Source: a virus. Taken from it: a stretch of 32,000 nt of DNA. The translations under genes were made by a program, and so were the position numbers. The notes beneath the pieces were generated by a model that saw only the letters and a program-made list of their open reading frames with translations, was not told the origin of the DNA and searched no databases. The stretch is taken from positions 54,063-86,062 of the IMG/VR virus record IMGVR_UViG_3300045988_138510. The stretch is one strand, 5' to 3'. This document shows positions 1-9,874 of the stretch, in pieces (position 1 is the stretch's first letter; the number at the start of each line of letters is the position of its first letter).

Positions 1-268
1 TTTCTGCCCATTTTACTACACTTTCTGCATCTAATTCAGTAGAAGTATCTGTATTAGGATAATAGATTGTGATATTGTTTTTTCTTAATCCTTCTTGCAA
101 AAGATGTTTTAAAGCAGACAATGCATTATCTACACCAATCTGATATGCCATTCGCTGATCGTCATTTTCAAAAGATACTTTTACTTTATCACTCACAGAA
201 TCTAATACTACTTTTACTTCGTTTGGAATATTACAACCCCAAATCTGAATATCATCAAAATCTACCAT
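1..268 (-). CDS. hypothetical protein, C-terminus truncated by window edge
   Basis: Open minus-strand frame starting MVDFDDIQIWGCNIPNEVKVVLDSVSDKVKVSFENDDQRMAYQIG...; runs off position 1. Confidence 0.6.
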   Translation of the reverse strand, partial: MVDFDDIQIWGCNIPNEVKVVLDSVSDKVKVSFENDDQRMAYQIGVDNALSALKHLLQEGLRKNNITIYYPNTDTSTELDAESVVKWAE

Positions 269-477
269 TTTATTCTCCTTCCGTATGAAAACAAAATTTC
301 AAATTTCTTTCAATTTTTGATCTACTATAATATCAAAGTTATGACTTATATCTTTCATAAATTATTCTTTACAATCTTGTATGTTCTTTGCATCAAATTT
401 GATGATTATTCCATTATTAGGCTGCATATCTATCCTGTAGATTCCAAGACCTTCGTATTTTATATCTTTTATCCACA

Positions 478-702
478 TTATTCTTCCTCAATCTCTTCGA
501 TTTCAAACGGCTGATCATCATAGTCTGCATCCTCTAAACTATAATCATCCAGCACAAAATCGAGATAATCTGTATAACTGTCATTTCTTAACTTGTCTAA
601 AGCATCTTCTTTTGATTCTGCTTCGATAATCCCTTCTCTGTGTCCATACCTCAAATAGCCCTGTACATAATTTGCATCCTGTGTGACTCTAAATTCTTTC
701 AT
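478..702 (-). CDS. hypothetical acidic small protein (74 aa)
   Basis: ORF in collinear minus-strand cluster, coding-like composition. Confidence 0.65.
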   Translation of the reverse strand: MKEFRVTQDANYVQGYLRYGHREGIIEAESKEDALDKLRNDSYTDYLDFVLDDYSLEDADYDDQPFEIEEIEEE

Positions 703-717
703 CTTGTTATTCTCCTT

Positions 718-900
718 TTACTTTAAATTGCTAATCAAACCATTGGCGCAGCCTATAATTGCGCAAACAACATAAAAATGATTTGTATTTAATGGAATAC
801 TAGGCAAAAACATTTTTAAAGCGTCAATAAAAATCTCATCTACATCAAACCATGTTAAAATCCATGCAGTTATTAGACCGTAAATTATACCTTCTAACAT
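718..900 (-). CDS. small membrane protein (60 aa)
   Basis: Hydrophobic segments; overlaps the next upstream CDS by 7 nt as in a compact operon. Confidence 0.6.
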   Translation of the reverse strand: MLEGIIYGLITAWILTWFDVDEIFIDALKMFLPSIPLNTNHFYVVCAIIGCANGLISNLK

Positions 901-1925
901 TTAATTTCTCCTTTTACAACTCTCTCATTAACACTTGCCATAAATTCATTTACTGCATTATAATCAGGATTTTCTGGTAAAGAAGTATTTTTCTTATCAT
1001 AAGCTAATCTTTTATCCAACTCATCCACCAACTCATAAAATTCAGGAATCGGCTGATCGTTACCGTCCAGATATTTACCATTGCGAATATCCATCAATAA
1101 ATCATGTTCTTTTCCTCTGTATGTAACAATTTTTTCATTCTCTAAAATGTCAAAACACATATAATAAAGACGAACTAAATGCATCATGTGCTTTCCTAGT
1201 TTTCCATGTTCAATAGCATTCTGATTACGCTTCCCAATCTTCGCATAATCCTTTACTACACAGTTCATTTCAGACCACATTGCTTTATAATCTCTCAATG
1301 GATAATGTTTAAAATTCATATCCATGAAAATCTCTGTATTATAATCTTCTCTATCTGATTTATCAATATAAAGTTTAAGCGAATCTTCTGGATAATAAGC
1401 ATATTTGCTAGGAAATGTATATACGGCATTCATAACACTATTGAGAATATGTTGTTCTCTTTCTTCTTGTCCTACTACTCTTGCCGCCTTATTACTTAAA
1501 CGCCGAAGCTGCTGGTTCGCATAACCACCAAAAGAATATACAGCTTTCCTGGATAAAAATAAATGGGCATTATCTAATAATTCCTGACCAATCGGTGTTA
1601 CGTATAAATAATGCTCAGACTTTAATCCTAACAACTCAATAGTATTAGGATTTACATTCAGTAATAACGAAATCAATTTATTGAAAGAATATATTGTAGT
1701 ATCTGTCTGCTCATTTACAAACTGTTCGAAATTCTGATTGGTCAAAATATCTATTTTATTGTTTAAAGCACATCCACGAACATCCAAGTCCGAATTCTCT
1801 ACATTAGTGCCATAGGCATAACTACCACCCAAACCAAGAAGAATAATATTCTTTCCAAGATGCTCATTGGTTCTTAGAAAATCATATTCTCCACTACTAA
1901 CTTTTTTCTTAATCTCATCAATCAT
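894..1925 (-). CDS. predicted nucleotidyltransferase (DNA polymerase beta-like superfamily, YcgL-like)
   Basis: Motif LGGSYAYGTNVENSDLDVRG, matching the GSxxxGxxxxxSDxD signature; total 343 aa. Confidence 0.8.
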   Translation of the reverse strand: MIDEIKKKVSSGEYDFLRTNEHLGKNIILLGLGGSYAYGTNVENSDLDVRGCALNNKIDILTNQNFEQFVNEQTDTTIYSFNKLISLLLNVNPNTIELLGLKSEHYLYVTPIGQELLDNAHLFLSRKAVYSFGGYANQQLRRLSNKAARVVGQEEREQHILNSVMNAVYTFPSKYAYYPEDSLKLYIDKSDREDYNTEIFMDMNFKHYPLRDYKAMWSEMNCVVKDYAKIGKRNQNAIEHGKLGKHMMHLVRLYYMCFDILENEKIVTYRGKEHDLLMDIRNGKYLDGNDQPIPEFYELVDELDKRLAYDKKNTSLPENPDYNAVNEFMASVNERVVKGEIKC

Positions 1926-1982
1926 ATATTCACCTATTCATTCTCTTGTTTATGGAAATTTTGAGCGATCCGCTCTAAGAAT

Positions 1983-2864
1983 TTATTTGATTTTATAACA
2001 ATCAGACTTTTTATCATAGATACCAATTATATCATCTACATTGGCAAATCGTATTTTTGCTCTTTTACCTCTAATCATACAAAGGCCAGAATCGTCTACC
2101 TTTCTAACTTTACCATGCAATACAGGTCTCATGCCTTTCTGACGAAATGACACCCATTTATCAACAAAGTAAGAGTTTGTGCGAATCTTCTCATAAAATT
2201 CTGTCTGATGTGTCTCGAAATTAATATTTCCTTTACCAATTACACTAACTTCATCGTGAATGATTTCAAAATTTACTTCTCCATCAAAATCTTTAATCAA
2301 AGTAGTTGTCCATGGTTTAGCAATATGATCATCATAATCTGGATTATATTTCAGAACTTCATCCAGAAGAAATACTGCCACCCCACCTACATCAGCGCAA
2401 AATTCTCCAAGTTTCTCTTTGGTATCAGAGTTATAAGTTGTACAACTCCAATCACCATATAAAGTATCACGACTAATATATGTATGAATTCCAAGGACTT
2501 CCATATTTTCACCTAAATTAGACTTTTCCCAATCATCCTTATTTAGCTCATAATACTTATTCAATGCTTCTTTGTATTTCTTATTGCATTCCTCATATAT
2601 CTTAGATACAAAATGTGTTCTTGGATGTTTCTTACGATATTCAGGATCTGTATAGCCCAAAGCTTTATCTATCTGTTCTAGCACCTTTATCATTTCTGGA
2701 CATTCTTCGCTAATATCAATTACTTCTTTTATTACATCAGGATAATCTTTAATATTATCACCATAGATAAAATAATCTTCTCTCTTCGGATATTTCCCAA
2801 TCTGTTCTTTTTCTTTACAAACATAACAGGGATCAGTAATGATAATATCCCCTTTAAATCTCAT
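1983..2864 (-). CDS. hypothetical protein (293 aa)
   Basis: Long ORF; begins MRFKGDIIITDPCYVCKEKEQ, a pattern familiar from uncharacterised phage proteins. Confidence 0.75.
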   Translation of the reverse strand: MRFKGDIIITDPCYVCKEKEQIGKYPKREDYFIYGDNIKDYPDVIKEVIDISEECPEMIKVLEQIDKALGYTDPEYRKKHPRTHFVSKIYEECNKKYKEALNKYYELNKDDWEKSNLGENMEVLGIHTYISRDTLYGDWSCTTYNSDTKEKLGEFCADVGGVAVFLLDEVLKYNPDYDDHIAKPWTTTLIKDFDGEVNFEIIHDEVSVIGKGNINFETHQTEFYEKIRTNSYFVDKWVSFRQKGMRPVLHGKVRKVDDSGLCMIRGKRAKIRFANVDDIIGIYDKKSDCYKIK

Positions 2865-3049
2865 CTGTTCACCTCCAATATGTTTAATATGTCTTTGTCG
2901 GTTAATGGTCTTATACTTCCATTAGATTCTTTTATCATTGGTTTATCATATTTATCAGACAACTCTACACCATATTTCTTGCATAGGCGATAGAATAGAT
3001 TTCTGTCAAATGGTTTACTGTCTACCATACTGTTATTCTCCAATCGCAA
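2861..3049 (-). CDS. hypothetical protein (62 aa)
   Basis: 4-nt overlap with downstream CDS. Confidence 0.6.
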   Translation of the reverse strand: MRLENNSMVDSKPFDRNLFYRLCKKYGVELSDKYDKPMIKESNGSIRPLTDKDILNILEVNR

Positions 3050-3311
3050 TCCATAATTTTCGTTTCTTACTTACCTTTAATCCATCAATAAAATCTAAAT
3101 GGTCCAAAGTGATCATCAACTGCGGCTTATTTCTACGGATTTCACTAACAGATGAATAAATACCAATATCCACGAGAATTCTTGGCAAGAATCGCTCTTC
3201 TGTATAATAAGTCTTTTCTTTTTCTGCCCTATTCCAATCATTTTCATCAGCTGCAAATAATTGCTGTGGCTCTACAACCGGCTTTCCTATTACAATATTC
3301 TCTACATACAT
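3033..3311 (-). CDS. hypothetical protein (92 aa)
   Basis: Collinear minus-strand ORF. Confidence 0.65.
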   Translation of the reverse strand: MYVENIVIGKPVVEPQQLFAADENDWNRAEKEKTYYTEERFLPRILVDIGIYSSVSEIRRNKPQLMITLDHLDFIDGLKVSKKRKLWIAIGE

Positions 3312-3321
3312 TATTTTTACC

Positions 3322-3702
3322 TCAAAAATATTTGTTTTCTGGATTATATTTTTCCTGAAAATGTGTAAAATTTAAAATGCAGTTCTCCAATGATTCCTGC
3401 GGTGTATCACCATACCCATAAATCTCGGAAATAAAGAAGTCATAGCTTCTAACAGTATAGATTGTTCTCCATTTTGGTTCTATTTCCTTCATTTTTGTAT
3501 AAGCAGATTCACAATTTAATTCTGTCTTATATTCCATTTCTGTCTGACTCCACGGACTGTTAAGGCATATCGCCCATTCATTCAAAGTATCATCTGATAA
3601 CTTAACTCTATTTTTGTTATAGAATGAAGTGAAATCATCCGTATAATAATTTTTTGTTTCTCCATAATAATCAAAAACACCTGCTATTTTCATTTTATTC
3701 AC
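3322..3702 (-). CDS. hypothetical protein (126 aa)
   Basis: Collinear ORF, coding-like composition. Confidence 0.7.
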   Translation of the reverse strand: MNKMKIAGVFDYYGETKNYYTDDFTSFYNKNRVKLSDDTLNEWAICLNSPWSQTEMEYKTELNCESAYTKMKEIEPKWRTIYTVRSYDFFISEIYGYGDTPQESLENCILNFTHFQEKYNPENKYF

Positions 3703-3976
3703 CCACTATTTTTCCCAAACAGTCATTCCAACCTTTCACATTTCCATTAAAAAATTCTTCACTATATTTTCTTCTTTCCGGTAATTCTTTTAATGGGCAC
3801 CAAATTGGTTTTTCCTGACAATATCCAGATTCAGTTTCGATCATTCTACAACATGTCGGATCGTCTTCATCCTCCATTAATTCACAACAGGCTTCTATTC
3901 CTTCATCTAATTCTCTGCAAAATCTACAATCACAACAACTATCTGGTGTGTCTATAATTAATACTGACTTTCTCAT
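3695..3976 (-). CDS. Cys-rich hypothetical protein (93 aa)
   Basis: Multiple Cys (CCDCRFCRELDEGIEACCELM...DDPTCCRMIETESGYCQEKPIWCPLKELP), common in phage metal-binding small proteins. Confidence 0.7.
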   Translation of the reverse strand: MRKSVLIIDTPDSCCDCRFCRELDEGIEACCELMEDEDDPTCCRMIETESGYCQEKPIWCPLKELPERRKYSEEFFNGNVKGWNDCLGKIVGE

Positions 3977-3979
3977 AAT

Positions 3980-4357
3980 TCAGCACATATCATATGAAAG
4001 ATAATATCCTTCATCAGATAATTTTTTAAACCACTCGATACGCCCTCTCATCCCAACACTATCTACTTCTTTACCATCTAATATTTTAATACAAATATCA
4101 GACATCTCTTTTGGTTGAATTAGTCCAAGATCCTCGTCCTCAGATTCTAACCAATCCTCTTCTATAGTAGGAATTCTTTTACCACTATATTTTTCAATCA
4201 AATCTTGTACTAATCCAATATTATAACCAGAATGAGATGTGCTACCGCCTCCGATATAGTCTAATTTTTTATCATCATATTCCCACATTCTTTTTCCTCT
4301 ATGAATTGTGATCTTATATGACTTAAACCAGTTAAATCCTATTGACATTTTTTTCAC
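3980..4357 (-). CDS. hypothetical protein (125 aa)
   Basis: Collinear ORF. Confidence 0.65.
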   Translation of the reverse strand: MKKMSIGFNWFKSYKITIHRGKRMWEYDDKKLDYIGGGSTSHSGYNIGLVQDLIEKYSGKRIPTIEEDWLESEDEDLGLIQPKEMSDICIKILDGKEVDSVGMRGRIEWFKKLSDEGYYLSYDMC

Positions 4358-4360
4358 CTC

Positions 4361-4693
4361 TTAATCGGTAAACTCAATTTTCTCTCCTACATAATGTGCC
4401 AACTTTTCATTTATATCTGCTGGATATTCTTCGATAACATAATAATCAGTATACACAAATATCTTTGTGATAATATTCTCATCATTAATCCAAATTCCAC
4501 CCACAGTACCGCCAGGAATTCTAATTGCAAGACATTTATCTTTTTTCATTAATTCATCTGCGTAAAGTACATAATGTTTCCAATATTGATCTGACGATAT
4601 TCCAATAATCTGATCCATTTCTCGTGTTAGATCACAATAATATTCTCTCAAACTCGAATACTTTGTATCTGCATACTTATTTGTTAGTAACAT
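4361..4693 (-). CDS. hypothetical protein (110 aa)
   Basis: Collinear ORF. Confidence 0.65.
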   Translation of the reverse strand: MLLTNKYADTKYSSLREYYCDLTREMDQIIGISSDQYWKHYVLYADELMKKDKCLAIRIPGGTVGGIWINDENIITKIFVYTDYYVIEEYPADINEKLAHYVGEKIEFTD

Positions 4694-4732
4694 AACTTCC
4701 CCTATTAAATAGTCTCGTTATTTCAAACAGTT

Positions 4733-5461
4733 TTAAATTCTAATTACAGGAATTTTTCTTTTTTTCTTTTCCAGTTTTGGTCTATATAAATTAACCAATT
4801 CTTTAGCGTTATATCTTGAAGTTATTTTCCAATCAAGAGAATAATGATACCTAAAATAGAAAGCTATATCATTATAAATTTCTAAATTTACATTATTATA
4901 TAATCTATCTAATGTCATGATAAAATAACTTAATTTATCTTTTGGTACGGTTTCACCATAATCCCAAAGTTCCGCATTATTTATATAAAACTTAGAAACT
5001 TTATATCCATCCACCTGTAACTGTTTTACCAATTGTAAAAATGACCAATTATTACCATTTTTACCATTTAATGCAATTCTGGCTATCATTAACATTTTTA
5101 CACATTGCAAATAATATTCTATATTATTTGATTCTTCTGTACATTTTAATGCTTTTTGCAAATTTTCTTCTGCTTTATCGAGGTATTGTAAAATAAGTTC
5201 CATTTCAGCTTCTTGTAAACTTAATACAGGATTTAAACCTACAGTTTCTTCGATATCATCAACCTTGTTATCATCCCAGCTTTTTAAAACTTCAAAACAT
5301 TTTCTTTCCGAAGAATATTTTTCTATTTCATTTAATAATTCGGGTGTTTCTTCAAACACCCAATAAATACCCATAATATTATCATTTCCTTCACTTATTG
5401 GATTGAATCCCAGTTTCAACAAATGATTGTGTAACGATTGTTTTTTACATACATATACCAT
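4733..5461 (-). CDS. hypothetical protein (242 aa)
   Basis: Long ORF in operon context. Confidence 0.7.
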   Translation of the reverse strand: MVYVCKKQSLHNHLLKLGFNPISEGNDNIMGIYWVFEETPELLNEIEKYSSERKCFEVLKSWDDNKVDDIEETVGLNPVLSLQEAEMELILQYLDKAEENLQKALKCTEESNNIEYYLQCVKMLMIARIALNGKNGNNWSFLQLVKQLQVDGYKVSKFYINNAELWDYGETVPKDKLSYFIMTLDRLYNNVNLEIYNDIAFYFRYHYSLDWKITSRYNAKELVNLYRPKLEKKKRKIPVIRI

Positions 5462-5523
5462 AGCAATATATCTATTATCTCCTTTTGTTATTCCAATATT
5501 TCGGTTCTTTATGAAACCAACAT

Positions 5524-5991
5524 TTAATCGGCTTCTGTTTTCATATTCTTTTCATGCCATGCATCTAAAGTAACCAATAGCATTTCACCTTTTTCGGTAA
5601 GCCAACAACCTGTGATACTACTACCATGCTCTATGAATTCATGTTCATCTAAAATATACATCATGAACTGTAGCAATCCAAATTGATTGTTGTCATTGTC
5701 ATCAACATGTAAATCTCTTTTATACCTATTAAGAACTTCGGTATATTCAAGTTTATTTTCTCGCCAATCCTGACGAATATGTAAAAATTTTCTGATTACT
5801 TCATATGTATATTCAGGACAACCACAATCACATAAACCTAAATCTTCGTACATCCAATGGTTCATAAGTGGTTCGATTAATGATTCTTCATACCAGTCTT
5901 CTCTGCAACCATTAACAACAGTATAATTTGGCACCATAAGACAGTCTGGATTATTTTTTACTATCCATTCTGCAATTTCACTTAATCTCAT
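5524..5991 (-). CDS. hypothetical protein (155 aa)
   Basis: Collinear ORF. Confidence 0.7.
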   Translation of the reverse strand: MRLSEIAEWIVKNNPDCLMVPNYTVVNGCREDWYEESLIEPLMNHWMYEDLGLCDCGCPEYTYEVIRKFLHIRQDWRENKLEYTEVLNRYKRDLHVDDNDNNQFGLLQFMMYILDEHEFIEHGSSITGCWLTEKGEMLLVTLDAWHEKNMKTEAD

Positions 5992-5995
5992 ATTT

Positions 5996-7096
5996 TTACC
6001 TCAATCTAATATCTTCTCTTGTTTCTCCATCAGAATAATATATATTCCAACCTTTAAATAGGCTAATCAATTCTTCGTCATCCCAGTCACATTCATTGCA
6101 ATGCATAAGCGCTAATGATTTCTTATTTCCAAAATCTCCTGCATCATTACTGCATCTATTATACAATTCTTTTAAATCTAATGTTCCATATCTCAATGTA
6201 TCCTGGAATGGATTTGGTATATTAGTTTTATCAAAAATATATTTGTTAATCTGATTTTTATCACACTCTGATGGAAATTTTCCTATACCATGCCGTGTAA
6301 GATATGTACGAGACACATAACAAGTTTCAATATTTAATTCATCATTCCAACAAACATTTTTAATTATCTTTTTGGGATTTTTTATTCCTGTATTAGATGG
6401 GGTAAGATGTGGAAAATATTCTGTGTTATTCTGATCAAGCAATAAACCTTGTGCAGCTTCAAATACAATATTGTCAAACTGATTTAAGAAATAATTATCT
6501 GATATAGCCAATGAGTGATTATTCATAAAATCCCAATCATCTAAAAAGTGTTCAAATATACCATTATCAAGGAATATTCTTGACCATTCATCTGTTAATA
6601 TAATATTCTCTCTTTTAAATTGTTCTAAGTAATATTCCCTGATATGATCATCTACATCAGTTATGCCAGCTTTATATCTTTTGATAGTTTCAAAAATTCC
6701 CAAGCCACAACTACCATGTTTATTTTTTCCACGATTTTCCTCTATAATCTGATTTGCCATCATATCAAAAGGTGTAGTCAACATACAATCTTGATTGATA
6801 TAAACATTCGGGATATATCCTAATTTCATCAACTCATCATATTCCTGCTTAAAAATAATTGGATTAACAATAAAATCCTCAGATAAATATGTACTTGCAT
6901 GGGTGAATGTTCCAGATCCAAAATGATGAAAGACATGTCTGATTCCATCAGGCGTTGTTACGGTATGTCCTCTCTGAGCACCACCATTTGAACAAACAAC
7001 AATACTATTAGGTTTCTGTGAGAAATAATCTGTCATTAATCCTTTTCCACAATCTCCAAAGTTAGCACCTATCACAATCTTAATGTCTTTCATCAT
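5996..7096 (-). CDS. divergent adenylosuccinate synthetase-family protein (PurA/PurZ superfamily)
   Basis: Start IVIGANFGDCGKGLMTDYF (compare PurA GxQWGDEGKGK), NGGAQRGHTV (compare GGHNAGHTLV), LTPSNT and YVSRTYLTRHGIGKFPSE (compare TRVGxGPFPTE). Only 366 aa. Confidence 0.85.
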   Translation of the reverse strand: MMKDIKIVIGANFGDCGKGLMTDYFSQKPNSIVVCSNGGAQRGHTVTTPDGIRHVFHHFGSGTFTHASTYLSEDFIVNPIIFKQEYDELMKLGYIPNVYINQDCMLTTPFDMMANQIIEENRGKNKHGSCGLGIFETIKRYKAGITDVDDHIREYYLEQFKRENIILTDEWSRIFLDNGIFEHFLDDWDFMNNHSLAISDNYFLNQFDNIVFEAAQGLLLDQNNTEYFPHLTPSNTGIKNPKKIIKNVCWNDELNIETCYVSRTYLTRHGIGKFPSECDKNQINKYIFDKTNIPNPFQDTLRYGTLDLKELYNRCSNDAGDFGNKKSLALMHCNECDWDDEELISLFKGWNIYYSDGETREDIRLR

Positions 7097-7109
7097 TTTT
7101 GTTCTCCTC

Positions 7110-7982
7110 TTACCAGGTAATTTCTGAATTATTAACCATTGTTTTGATTACAGTATTGTTTTCTGCTTCTTTTAAAATAATATCTACAATTTCATCAGAA
7201 ATACTATCCATATTAACAGTTCTGAAATGCTTATCATCAAGATATTTTTTAAAAGTCTTAGGAATCTCATTATCATCCCATCTTCTGTGGTGTTTTACAT
7301 CTAGGTGATAAATATTGAACTTCTGAGAAGCTTCCTTATATAAATCAGAAGTCTCAATATCTGCCTGAACATCATCACCAGTTGCCGCTGCAAGACCGCA
7401 CCAATGTCCAGTTTTCGGAAGATACGGATTTAACTGCTCATCACCCATAGTAATGATAATACCCTTTCTTCCACGCTTCAGACAATCAAGCTTTGTATGG
7501 CGTGAACCAAAGTACCATGCTGCTGTATATGATTCATAACCATTTCCACCACCGCCAAATTCAAAGTAAATTTTATCTAATTGTTCTGCAATTCTAATGT
7601 CAGACTCAAACTGAGATGCTTGAATTGGATAAGAATCATAAGCTAAATCACCAATTCCCATAACCATAAACTCTACATCAGTTACATTTTCATAAAGCTT
7701 AGTCATAATTACATTTAATTTCTTTGCCACCTCAACAGCTGCATCCCCCATGGAACCCGTAACATCTAAAGCGATGATGACTGGAATGGTATTTGGATGT
7801 TCCTCTGTATCACGGCACTCTCTGATGACATTTTTAGGGTTCAATGCAGGATCGAGATTTTTTGATTTAAACATCTCCTGATTGGAGTAACTTCCAGAAA
7901 TTGAACCATCTGCCGTTGTATTGTACCCCTTTGTTGTTGCATAACTTCTAAAACTGCTTGTTGTCCATGATCCACTTCCCAT
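7110..7982 (-). CDS. VWA-domain (MIDAS-like) protein
   Basis: IPVIIALDVTGSMGDAAVEVAKKLNVIMTKL: D-x-T-G-S-M, a DxSxS-like MIDAS variant; typical vWA spacing to FMVMGIGD. Confidence 0.85.
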   Translation of the reverse strand: MGSGSWTTSSFRSYATTKGYNTTADGSISGSYSNQEMFKSKNLDPALNPKNVIRECRDTEEHPNTIPVIIALDVTGSMGDAAVEVAKKLNVIMTKLYENVTDVEFMVMGIGDLAYDSYPIQASQFESDIRIAEQLDKIYFEFGGGGNGYESYTAAWYFGSRHTKLDCLKRGRKGIIITMGDEQLNPYLPKTGHWCGLAAATGDDVQADIETSDLYKEASQKFNIYHLDVKHHRRWDDNEIPKTFKKYLDDKHFRTVNMDSISDEIVDIILKEAENNTVIKTMVNNSEITW

Positions 7983-7984
7983 GA

Positions 7985-8602
7985 TTATGCATCCTCCTCT
8001 TCTACATCTTCATCATTTTCTGTATCAACGTCCATATCAAAATCGAATAATCCGTCAAACATATTACCCATATTACCACCCATCATCATAAGTGGAAGCA
8101 TAGAACTCATACCATTACCACTCATCATACTAGAAACATTTCCATCACTCTTCATCATCTGAGACAGCATCATATATTTAAAGATATTATTTGTGCCTTT
8201 CTTTCCCTTAAGGATATCACTGCCAAACATGGATACAATCTTTCCATAGAAATATGTATTACCCATAAAAACATGTCTTTCTGGAAGAATAGTCTCTACA
8301 GTAGAATCTTCATAGTTAATAACTGTAATCTTAGTCTTATCTGCTTCAATAACACATTTTGGTCTACCATTAACCAGGATAATATCTCCTGCTTCTACTT
8401 TGTTAGTTGGAATAACAAAGAAAAACTCTTCACCAATATCAAATACAAAATTGCTACAGTTTGTAAGTTTGCCAGTCTTCACATTGTATGTTTTATATCC
8501 ATTTGATGTTTTAACTGCAATACCACCATTCATGGAAAGTCTACACATACCACTTCCTACTTTACCAAACATACCATTTAAAAAATTGTTCATCATAATC
8601 AT
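7985..8602 (-). CDS. hypothetical protein in VWA module (205 aa)
   Basis: Abuts the VWA gene; beta-rich N-terminus and Met/Gly-rich, very acidic C-terminus (MDVDTENDEDVEEEDA). Confidence 0.75.
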   Translation of the reverse strand: MIMMNNFLNGMFGKVGSGMCRLSMNGGIAVKTSNGYKTYNVKTGKLTNCSNFVFDIGEEFFFVIPTNKVEAGDIILVNGRPKCVIEADKTKITVINYEDSTVETILPERHVFMGNTYFYGKIVSMFGSDILKGKKGTNNIFKYMMLSQMMKSDGNVSSMMSGNGMSSMLPLMMMGGNMGNMFDGLFDFDMDVDTENDEDVEEEDA

Positions 8603-8641
8603 TTTCTCCTTTTATTATATTAAAATTTGTTTTTTACCTTT

Positions 8642-8989
8642 TTAGACGCACCCGCCACAGCTACTATGTCTCCAATCTTCCTCATTGATTGCATAAAATA
8701 CACACTTCTGAATATCTTTATCTGCAACGATTTTATTGAGCCAATAGCCATTGACTTCAATCCAATCTTCACATCTCAGGCCATCGTTATAAGATTCCCA
8801 TTCCTCACAATAATCTTCATTAAAATGCCACTTTCGATATGACTTATATGTATTCATATCATCATCTCTCAGATTTTCTGGAATTTTATCTGAAACATCT
8901 TCTCCATCTACTTTTAATGTCCACTTGCCATGGCACAGGCATGGATATTCTCCACTCCATTCAGCTTCTGCATTTCCAACCTTACCCAT
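8642..8989 (-). CDS. hypothetical protein, C-terminal CGGC (115 aa)
   Basis: Collinear ORF ending RHSSCGGCV. Confidence 0.65.
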   Translation of the reverse strand: MGKVGNAEAEWSGEYPCLCHGKWTLKVDGEDVSDKIPENLRDDDMNTYKSYRKWHFNEDYCEEWESYNDGLRCEDWIEVNGYWLNKIVADKDIQKCVFYAINEEDWRHSSCGGCV

Positions 8990-8998
8990 AGTGACCTC

Positions 8999-9172
8999 CT
9001 AATGTAAACTATACAATGCACCGCAAAAAACAACTGCACTAATGGAGGCACCTAATCCATATAATCCAGCATTACCTCCACACTTGTTCAATAATCCCAT
9101 AAAAGTAACATACGCAATAAATCCACAAAGATATAATCCAAAACCAATTAATCGTTTTTTATCTTTTCTCAT
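8999..9172 (-). CDS. small membrane protein (57 aa)
   Basis: Manual translation: MRKDKKRLIGFGLYLCGFIAYVTFMGLLNKCGGNAGLYGLGASISAVVFCGALYSLH; fills the gap between adjacent genes; below the ORF-track size cutoff. Confidence 0.5.
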   Translation of the reverse strand: MRKDKKRLIGFGLYLCGFIAYVTFMGLLNKCGGNAGLYGLGASISAVVFCGALYSLH

Positions 9173-9181
9173 GATGGTCTC

Positions 9182-9805
9182 CTATTCTACTTCTAACATT
9201 AATTTAACTGCTTTGACAATTTTCTCTTTATTGAAATTGTTCATATTAGCTTTCCAGAACCAATATACTGATACAAGAAACTCTTTATAATTTTCCCGAC
9301 TGAAATATGTATCATCTTCTGCTTTTTCAACATAATTTGCTACCAGCATATCAATTAATTCATTGTCAGTATAATCTTTCTTCTCCTGATGAAAGTCAGA
9401 TTTCTTCAGGTCGTCTGGATTAGCAAGTTTGGCTTGTTTCCAATTTACAGTAAGGTTTTCTCCGTCATCTGACCAAGATGTGGCGCCGCTGTCAAATGCA
9501 ATAACATTTCCATCCTCATTAATCCCAGCAAAATATCTTGGTATCCATTTATCAGTTTCGTATTCTCTTACCAATACTGGCGTATCTATTGGTACTTTAC
9601 TCCAATCCACATTTTCTGCTGGATCTTTGTATTCAGATACGAGCCATTTCTGTGATTTTAAATCACACTCTTCATTAAAAATACATTCATTGCAAGACGA
9701 AATTTCATCACAGCTTGTTACCTTACAATCTTCGGTGACACCAATAACCTTTCCATCATTCCAGATTTTATCGATCTTATCTTTATATTTCTCATAATTT
9801 GTCAT
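9182..9805 (-). CDS. hypothetical protein with Cys motif (207 aa)
   Basis: DEISSCNECIFNEECDLKSQKW motif; collinear ORF. Confidence 0.7.
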   Translation of the reverse strand: MTNYEKYKDKIDKIWNDGKVIGVTEDCKVTSCDEISSCNECIFNEECDLKSQKWLVSEYKDPAENVDWSKVPIDTPVLVREYETDKWIPRYFAGINEDGNVIAFDSGATSWSDDGENLTVNWKQAKLANPDDLKKSDFHQEKKDYTDNELIDMLVANYVEKAEDDTYFSRENYKEFLVSVYWFWKANMNNFNKEKIVKAVKLMLEVE

Positions 9806-9874
9806 AATCGTGTTCTCCTTCTATGTATTTTAGAAATAGGTTGGTCAGTTGTGATACCAACCAACCTTGATAGA

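Noticed and set aside
362-478. 38-aa minus-strand ORF MWIKDIKYEGLGIYRIDMQPNNGIIIKFDAKNIQDCKE
   Set aside because: Plausible because its start overlaps the upstream stop, but too short to support confidently.
5996-7096. Assigning PurZ and a 2-aminoadenine (Z) genome
   Set aside because: The GDxGKG Asp is retained and no DatZ/MazZ/DpoZ partner is visible in the window, so only the superfamily can be claimed.
9429-9797. 122-aa plus-strand ORF
   Set aside because: Antisense to 9182-9805 with non-coding-like Ser/Phe-rich composition. The same reasoning applies to the other plus-strand ORFs except 21996-22481.
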